A DNA stretch of 12,233 nucleotides from an uncultured bacterium. GTDB taxonomy: Bacteria; Zixibacteria; MSB-5A5; JAABVY01; JAHJOQ01. Position numbers and translations under genes: made by a program. The notes below the pieces were generated by a model, which was given only the letters and a program-made list of their open reading frames with translations, had not been told where the DNA came from and searched no databases. Where the stretch lies: positions 1 to 12,233 of the forward strand of contig CBDUQR010000061.1 in NCBI GenBank assembly GCA_965369655.1, written 5' to 3'. Position 1 is the stretch's first letter. Every line of letters begins with the position of its first letter. This document shows, piece after piece, positions 7,549 through 12,233 of the stretch.

Positions 7549-7672
7549 GTCATTGCGAGCGACCGTCGGTCGCCGATCCCGATCCCCGAGGGACAGGGAG
7601 CGTGGCAATCTCATATTTGGCATCACATTGCTTGGGCTGAGATCGCCACGTCGCCTGGCTCCTCGCGATGAC
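7549..7672. repeat. Nested palindromic intergenic element (RPE/MITE-like)
   Basis: Terminal IR GTCATTGCGAG (7549-7559) / CTCGCGATGAC (7662-7672). Inner IR CGTGGCAATCTCA (7601-7613) / TGAGATCGCCACG (7638-7650). Internal hairpins GCGACC-GTC-GGTCGC (7559-7573) and TCCC-GA-TCCC-CGA-GGGA-CA-GGGA (7577-7599). Confidence 0.8.
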
Positions 7673-7680
7673 GAAGGCTG

Positions 7681-9282
7681 GTGGCTCACCCTGTGTTGAA
7701 ATTTGAATCTGTCAGCTTCAGGTACAGCGCCGATTCGCCGCTTGTCCTGAAAGATATTTCCATTGATATCGCTGAAGGAGAGCGTGTGGCCGTGATGGGC
7801 GGCAACGGCAGCGGGAAGACGACTCTCGCACTCCTTGCCGCGAGACTTTTTAAGCCGGTCTCAGGCGTGATAGGATTGAATAACGAGGATTGCCGCCCGG
7901 GTGTGGTGTTTCAGAATCCTGACAATCAGATTATCTCCGTCTCTGTCGAGCGAGAACTCGCATTTCCTCTCGAATGCCGTCAGATACCGTCATCGGAGAT
8001 TCGCAAGCGCGTCAATGAAATGCTCGCCTGGGCCGATTTCGAGGATAGACGATTCGATTCTCCGAATAACCTGTCGGGTGGGGAGAAGCAGAAGCTCGCC
8101 CTTGCCGCCGCTCTGATAGCGCGTCCCGATCTGCTGATTTTGGACGAACCGACTTCTCATCTCGACGCCGCCGGAAGTCGAATCCTGTGGGATGCGATTG
8201 GACAGGCTCAAGCTGCGAATCCATCGCTGACAGTCCTGATCGTGACGCAGTCATCGTCGGAGGCTCTCGGATGCGACCGGGTCATTGTCCTGGAGCAGGG
8301 TGAGATCGTCGCAGACAGAATGCCGAGAGAGTTGTTCAGTGACGTGGTAATATGCCGCGAACGAAATATCAGGCAGCCTGAAGAATTGCTCGCAGAAAGC
8401 GTTGTCGCCAGTGAGTTTGCAGTTACTGAACGGATGTCAACGCCTCACGATTCTGCGCATAGCAGTGATGTGATAGATATCAGCGGGTTGTCGTACCGCT
8501 GGCCTGATGGAGCCGATGTGTTCGATGGCTTGGACCTGACTTTGCGATGCGGGCGGGTGACCGGCATTGCCGCGCCGTCGGGTGGAGGGAAGACCACCCT
8601 CGGTTTGCTACTGGCCGGGTTGATAGAGCAGGATTGCGGTCGAATCGCACTTAACGGAACGGGTGTCGATGCCGGGTATCGCCTGCGCAAGTTCTGCTAT
8701 CTTTTCCAATTTCCGGAGCGACAAATATTCTCTGCTACTGTATTCGATGAGGTCGCCTTCGGCTTGGAGCGCATGGGTGTCGGGAGTCACGAGATCGAGG
8801 AGAGAGTCAGAATCTCACTCGAAACGGCAGGTCTCCAGTTCGCGGATTACGCGCACAGATCGCCGTTCGATCTGTCGGGCGGAGAGATGCGCAAGGTATC
8901 ACTTGCGTCGAATCTCGCGCTGGATCGAAATGTGATGATCTACGATGAGCCGAATGTGGAACTCGACCGGCTTTCAGCCGAGTCGTTCGAGAGGGCAGTA
9001 CGGAGTCTCAGTGATGCTTTAAGGACACAGTTGATAATCTCGCACGATACGGAGTTCCTGTTCGATATCTGCGATGATCTTGTGCTGATGCGGGCGGGCA
9101 GGATGCGATTCGTCGGCGACAAGTTCGATACACTTGATGATCCGGGTGTCTTCTCCGAGTGTAGTCTCGACATTCCTCAGATTGTCAGGCTCTGCGAAGA
9201 TGAACAGATTCTGAAGCTTGTGAGGTGTCAAGGGATCGGATCGGTCCGCGAGCTTATGCGAGTGATGAAACAGACTCCTTGA
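7681..9282 (+). CDS. Fused double-ATPase ABC subunit of ECF (EcfA1-EcfA2) type
   Basis: NBD1 has GGNGSGKTT, the ECF-type Q-loop FQNPDNQ, LSGGEKQK and LILDEPTS. NBD2 has APSGGGKTT, FQFPERQIF (EcfA2-like), SPFDLSGGEMRK, IYDEPN and ISHD. There are no TM segments. The start codon (GTG) is uncertain by a few codons. Confidence 0.85.
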   Translation: MAHPVLKFESVSFRYSADSPLVLKDISIDIAEGERVAVMGGNGSGKTTLALLAARLFKPVSGVIGLNNEDCRPGVVFQNPDNQIISVSVERELAFPLECRQIPSSEIRKRVNEMLAWADFEDRRFDSPNNLSGGEKQKLALAAALIARPDLLILDEPTSHLDAAGSRILWDAIGQAQAANPSLTVLIVTQSSSEALGCDRVIVLEQGEIVADRMPRELFSDVVICRERNIRQPEELLAESVVASEFAVTERMSTPHDSAHSSDVIDISGLSYRWPDGADVFDGLDLTLRCGRVTGIAAPSGGGKTTLGLLLAGLIEQDCGRIALNGTGVDAGYRLRKFCYLFQFPERQIFSATVFDEVAFGLERMGVGSHEIEERVRISLETAGLQFADYAHRSPFDLSGGEMRKVSLASNLALDRNVMIYDEPNVELDRLSAESFERAVRSLSDALRTQLIISHDTEFLFDICDDLVLMRAGRMRFVGDKFDTLDDPGVFSECSLDIPQIVRLCEDEQILKLVRCQGIGSVRELMRVMKQTP

Positions 9283-9306
9283 CACAGACATGCAAATGTC
9301 TATCTT
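9279..9306 (+). promoter_or_regulatory. Putative sigma70-type promoter upstream of glycosyltransferase genes
   Basis: Perfect -35 TTGACA (9279-9284) overlapping the ABC gene stop, a 16-nt spacer and TATCTT (9301-9306). Confidence 0.6.
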
Positions 9307-9442
9307 CACGTCATGTATTCCGACCGGAATACTGTTTCTGGTGGCGGCTTGGGCTGAGTCGACCCCGGCAGCACTATTTAAGTGGGCATGAATGACGGGG
9401 AATTGTTCACCGTCTGCCTGGGATTTTTTGAGAGGATTGTAG

Positions 9443-10510
9443 ATGAGTTATCCGAGGAGTCATGTGCGGTCGTATCCGCAGAGAAGAACACGGTATTCCA
9501 GAAGGGTGTCGATTGTTGTTCCCGCCTATAATGAGGCAGAGAATATCCGTCCGCTGGTCGAGAAATTCGATGAGATGATCAAGAGGACCCGCCTTCCTGC
9601 TGAGGTCATCATAGTTGACGATGGTTCGGACGACCAGACGTTACAGTTCGCCCAGCAGGAAGCCCGTGGGCGAAGATTCCTCAGGGTGCTTTCGACCGGC
9701 AGGCACAAGGGTCTGACGGCTGCTCTCGAGACCGGATTCAATTCTGCGAAGGGAAAGATATTTGCGTTCTGGCCCGCTGACCTGCAGTATCTTCCCGAAG
9801 ACATCCCGAAGATGATTGCCAAGATCGAGGATGGCTATGACGTCGTTTGCGGCTGGAAAAAGGGCAGATATGGACTGAAGAGACTCGTCTCGTGCGTGTA
9901 TAATATACTCTCCCGACTGCTATTCAGGGTGAAGGTGCACGACCTCAACTCAGTAAAAGCTTTCAGGAAAGAGGTCTACGATGAGATGCCGACCCTTCGC
10001 GAGGGATGGCATCGCTACCTGGTGGTGATTGCGGCGCAGCGCGGGTTCAAAGTGGGCGAAGTTCGGGTGAAGCTGCAACCCCGTCTTCACGGCAAGTCGA
10101 AATTCGGCATCCTCAGGATACCTATCGGGCTGACCGATCTGTTTTCTGTCAAGTATCAGATATCGTTCATGCGAAAGCCGATGCTGATTTTTGGCACGCT
10201 CGGTATGCTGCTCATATTTCTCGGTTTCGTGACCGGAGGAACTGCTATCTATCTGAGATATGTTCTCAACGAGGGCTTCAGGCCGCTGCTGTATCTGGTG
10301 ATGCTTCTGGTTATCTCCGGGTTCGCATCCATAGGACTTGGATTCGTGGCTGAGTCGCTGATATATGTGCAGGATGAAATCAGTGGGTTGAGAAAGCAGG
10401 GGCAGAAGATCGACAACCTGTCCGAATCGCTTTCAAGCCTGCGGAAGCAACTCCAGTCGATGGAGGGAAGTGGCAAACGGGAAGTGCACTCCGGTGACAA
10501 GTCGGAATAG
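9443..10510 (+). CDS. GT2 glycosyltransferase, DPM1/ArnC-like (polyprenol-phosphate sugar transferase) with two C-terminal TM helices
   Basis: VSIVVPAYNEAENI, IIVDDGSDD, ADLQ, YDVVCGWK, HDLNSVKAF, HRY and R.HGKSKF. Two hydrophobic segments lie near the C-terminus. SD-like GAGAGGA at 9430-9436. Confidence 0.92.
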   Translation: MSYPRSHVRSYPQRRTRYSRRVSIVVPAYNEAENIRPLVEKFDEMIKRTRLPAEVIIVDDGSDDQTLQFAQQEARGRRFLRVLSTGRHKGLTAALETGFNSAKGKIFAFWPADLQYLPEDIPKMIAKIEDGYDVVCGWKKGRYGLKRLVSCVYNILSRLLFRVKVHDLNSVKAFRKEVYDEMPTLREGWHRYLVVIAAQRGFKVGEVRVKLQPRLHGKSKFGILRIPIGLTDLFSVKYQISFMRKPMLIFGTLGMLLIFLGFVTGGTAIYLRYVLNEGFRPLLYLVMLLVISGFASIGLGFVAESLIYVQDEISGLRKQGQKIDNLSESLSSLRKQLQSMEGSGKREVHSGDKSE

Positions 10511-11690
10511 CAGCCGAAATAACATTCTCGTTCTCACGCATAATTTCCCAAGATATCAGGGCGATATGCCCGGGGTATTCCTGTACAATCTACTCAATGG
10601 ACTCCGGGATCATGCGAGATTCATTGTCCTTGCACCTCATGACGCAGGGCTGAAGGACAAAGACGAAGTCGGCGGCATTGAGGTGCGCCGGTTCCGCTAC
10701 GGTCCCGACTACAAAGAAATACTCGCATATCGTGGCGAAATGCAGAGTCATGTAAGATCGGCTCCGTTATCTGTTCTTCGATTTTTCCTGTCATTCAAGT
10801 CAGAGGCGATTCGTCTTGCCGAATCGGGTGAGTTCGATTTGATCTGGGCGCACTGGTGGATACCGGGCGGCTGGGTCGGCGCAAAGGCTGTCGCGAAATC
10901 GGGCTGTCCGATGGTAATCACATGCCACGGCACGGACATACATATGCTGAACGCGTACCCGTTGCTACGGAGGGCAGGCTCCCGTGTGTTCGCCGCCGCC
11001 GAGAGGATCACTGTTGTTTCCAGTTTCCTGAAAGACAGCCTGGTCGCGGCAATTGGCGGGAAGGTGAGCAACCTATCAGATAGGATTTCTGTTGCGCCAA
11101 TGCCGATCGACACAGAGCTCTTTTCGTTCGATGAGATTGTAATACCGGAGGGGGGATCGATAATCACTGCGTCGCGGCTCACGAAACAGAAGAACCTCGA
11201 CGTGCTCATTCATGCTGCGAAACGCTTGATGTCCGACGATGTCTCTTTCACTCTCGATATCTATGGCGACGGACCCGAAAGAGAGAATCTTGAAGCTTTG
11301 ATCGATAGTCTCGAATTAGGAAGCCTCGTGAGGATTCACAGCCCGATTCCGCAGCGTGATCTGGCGGATCGGTACAGGAAATCGGAAATTGCGGCGCTGG
11401 TTTCGGAGCGTGAGGGTTTAGGTCTCATGCTACCAGAGGCGATGCTGTGCGGCTGTGCGGCGGTCGGATCGCGGTCGGGTGGAATCACGGATATCATCAC
11501 CGACGACGGGACGGACGGCCAGCTGGTGGAACCGGGGGACGTCGAATCCCTTTACAGAGTGTTGAAATCACTCCTGACAGACAGGGAACGCCTGTCGAAT
11601 CTCCGGAGGTCGTGCTTGTCAACAGCGCAGCAGCGCTACTCGACAGACTCAACTGTAGAGGCATTCAGACAGATACTGCGACTCGGCTGA
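10470..11690 (+). CDS. GT4 (GT-B fold) glycosyltransferase
   Basis: ILVLTHNFPR, IWAHWWIPGG, ITCHGTD, SRLTKQKN, IYGDGPER, EX7E motif EGLGLMLPE followed by AM, and SGGITDII. The exact start is uncertain (GTG 10470 with GGAGG just upstream, or in-frame GTG 10494). It overlaps the GT2 3' end. Confidence 0.92.
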   Translation: MANGKCTPVTSRNSSRNNILVLTHNFPRYQGDMPGVFLYNLLNGLRDHARFIVLAPHDAGLKDKDEVGGIEVRRFRYGPDYKEILAYRGEMQSHVRSAPLSVLRFFLSFKSEAIRLAESGEFDLIWAHWWIPGGWVGAKAVAKSGCPMVITCHGTDIHMLNAYPLLRRAGSRVFAAAERITVVSSFLKDSLVAAIGGKVSNLSDRISVAPMPIDTELFSFDEIVIPEGGSIITASRLTKQKNLDVLIHAAKRLMSDDVSFTLDIYGDGPERENLEALIDSLELGSLVRIHSPIPQRDLADRYRKSEIAALVSEREGLGLMLPEAMLCGCAAVGSRSGGITDIITDDGTDGQLVEPGDVESLYRVLKSLLTDRERLSNLRRSCLSTAQQRYSTDSTVEAFRQILRLG

Positions 11691-11715
11691 GCATCAATAG
11701 TAATCAGAGGATTCC

Positions 11716-11958
11716 ATGTCAGATTCCATCGAAGAATACGGTGATACGCAGGTGCGTCACGCGTGTGAGGAGTTGTTCGAACGGGGTGTGCATTGCGCGT
11801 TGTCTCGTATGGCTCGATTTGCTCCTGATACGCTTGCGGATATGTGGTCGAAGTTGATGGAATCGCTCGATGATCCTGATCCGGTAATTCGCGGGCACGC
11901 AAACGAGGTACCTGGACTTCTGCGCGACGACCGCATAATCAGCTTGACTTGTCGGTGA
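11716..11958 (+). CDS. Small hypothetical protein with HEAT-repeat-like segment (possibly a gene remnant)
   Basis: SD-like GAGGA lies 4 nt before the ATG. DTQVRHACEEL and LMESLDDPDPVIRGHA resemble HEAT/PBS-lyase repeat motifs (L.D.d..VR..A). Confidence 0.45.
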   Translation: MSDSIEEYGDTQVRHACEELFERGVHCALSRMARFAPDTLADMWSKLMESLDDPDPVIRGHANEVPGLLRDDRIISLTCR

Positions 11959-11972
11959 CGTATGGGCATAAT
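11944..11972 (+). promoter_or_regulatory. Putative sigma70-type promoter for the downstream lipoprotein gene
   Basis: TTGACT (11944-11949), a 17-nt spacer and CATAAT (11967-11972), followed by an AT-rich tract. Confidence 0.6.
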
Positions 11973-12048
11973 ATTAATCTATCCCGATAGAGGTTTGCAC
12001 AATGGATCTGACTTGAATCGCAATTAAACACCATGCTCGGAGGATACA

Positions 12049-12233
12049 ATGCGTAGCTTGCGACAACGTTTTCTGGCAACCATTCCGTTCGTCGTTCTTC
12101 TCGCTGTGGCATATGTCGGCTGTTCGAGTGACGACAAAGGCACAGATCCCCCTCCCCCTCAGAAGGGGAGTATTGCCGTAATTTCAACGCCGACCGGCGC
12201 GCTGATCTATCTTGATGGCGACAGCACCGGCAA
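12049..12233 (+). CDS. Lipoprotein with PEGA domain (3'-truncated by window edge)
   Basis: Hand translation from ATG 12049 (SD GGAGG at 12039-12043) gives MRSLRQRFLATIPFVVLLAVAYVG-C-SSDDKGTDPPPPQKGSIAVISTPTGALIYLDGDSTG. It has a basic n-region, a hydrophobic h-region, lipobox-like YVGC, a Pro linker and a PEGA-like GsI.v.StP.GA.IylDG..G motif. Confidence 0.8.
   Translation, partial: MRSLRQRFLATIPFVVLLAVAYVGCSSDDKGTDPPPPQKGSIAVISTPTGALIYLDGDSTG

Noticed and set aside
7486..7699. Short + strand ORFs 7486-7671 and 7505-7699
   Set aside because: They are translations of the palindromic element, with no SD or protein-like features.
9340..9348. GGTGGCGGC as an ops/JUMPstart element before the glycosyltransferases
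   Set aside because: It does not match GGCGGTAG closely enough to call.
12147..12160. CCCCCT tandem / C-rich run
   Set aside because: It simply encodes the PPPP linker of the lipoprotein. There is no evidence for a phase-variable tract.
298..12187. Numerous minus-strand and alternate-frame ORFs (for example 4214-4828, 658-1107, 10748-11209)
   Set aside because: Nearly all overlap well-supported + strand genes and none has a recognisable motif. They are typical shadow ORFs of moderately GC-rich coding DNA.
1..12233. CRISPR array, tRNA/rRNA, transposase, integrase or defence genes
   Set aside because: I found no regularly spaced repeats, RNA-gene signatures or relevant protein motifs by eye, and the intergenic spaces are short and otherwise accounted for.

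Overview
A bacterial chromosomal segment with every credible gene on the + strand. Left part: accB (5'-truncated), a PilT-family ATPase, a terminator plus promoter, then accC, gcvH, gcvPA, a Zn-ribbon/DUF2007-like protein, a secreted thioredoxin-TPR protein and gcvPB. Next come a ~124-bp nested palindromic (RPE/MITE-like) element and a fused double-NBD ECF-type ATPase with no membrane partners nearby. Right part: a promoter and structured leader, GT2 (polyprenol-phosphate glycosyltransferase-like) and GT4 glycosyltransferases, a small HEAT-like ORF, and a promoter with a palindrome before a 3'-truncated PEGA-domain lipoprotein that the ORF track misses. Most genes are housekeeping. The unusual points are: two normally adjacent pairs (accB/accC, gcvPA/gcvPB) are each split by unrelated, tightly packed genes; accC appears leaderless; a TATCTTCAC-NN-CATG promoter/start motif occurs twice; and several conserved motifs carry substitutions. 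The gene style suggests an uncultured FCB-group-like diderm (for example Zixibacteria), but this is an impression only. I found no CRISPR array, RNA gene, transposase or defence system. All family calls come from reading motifs by eye, not from database searches.
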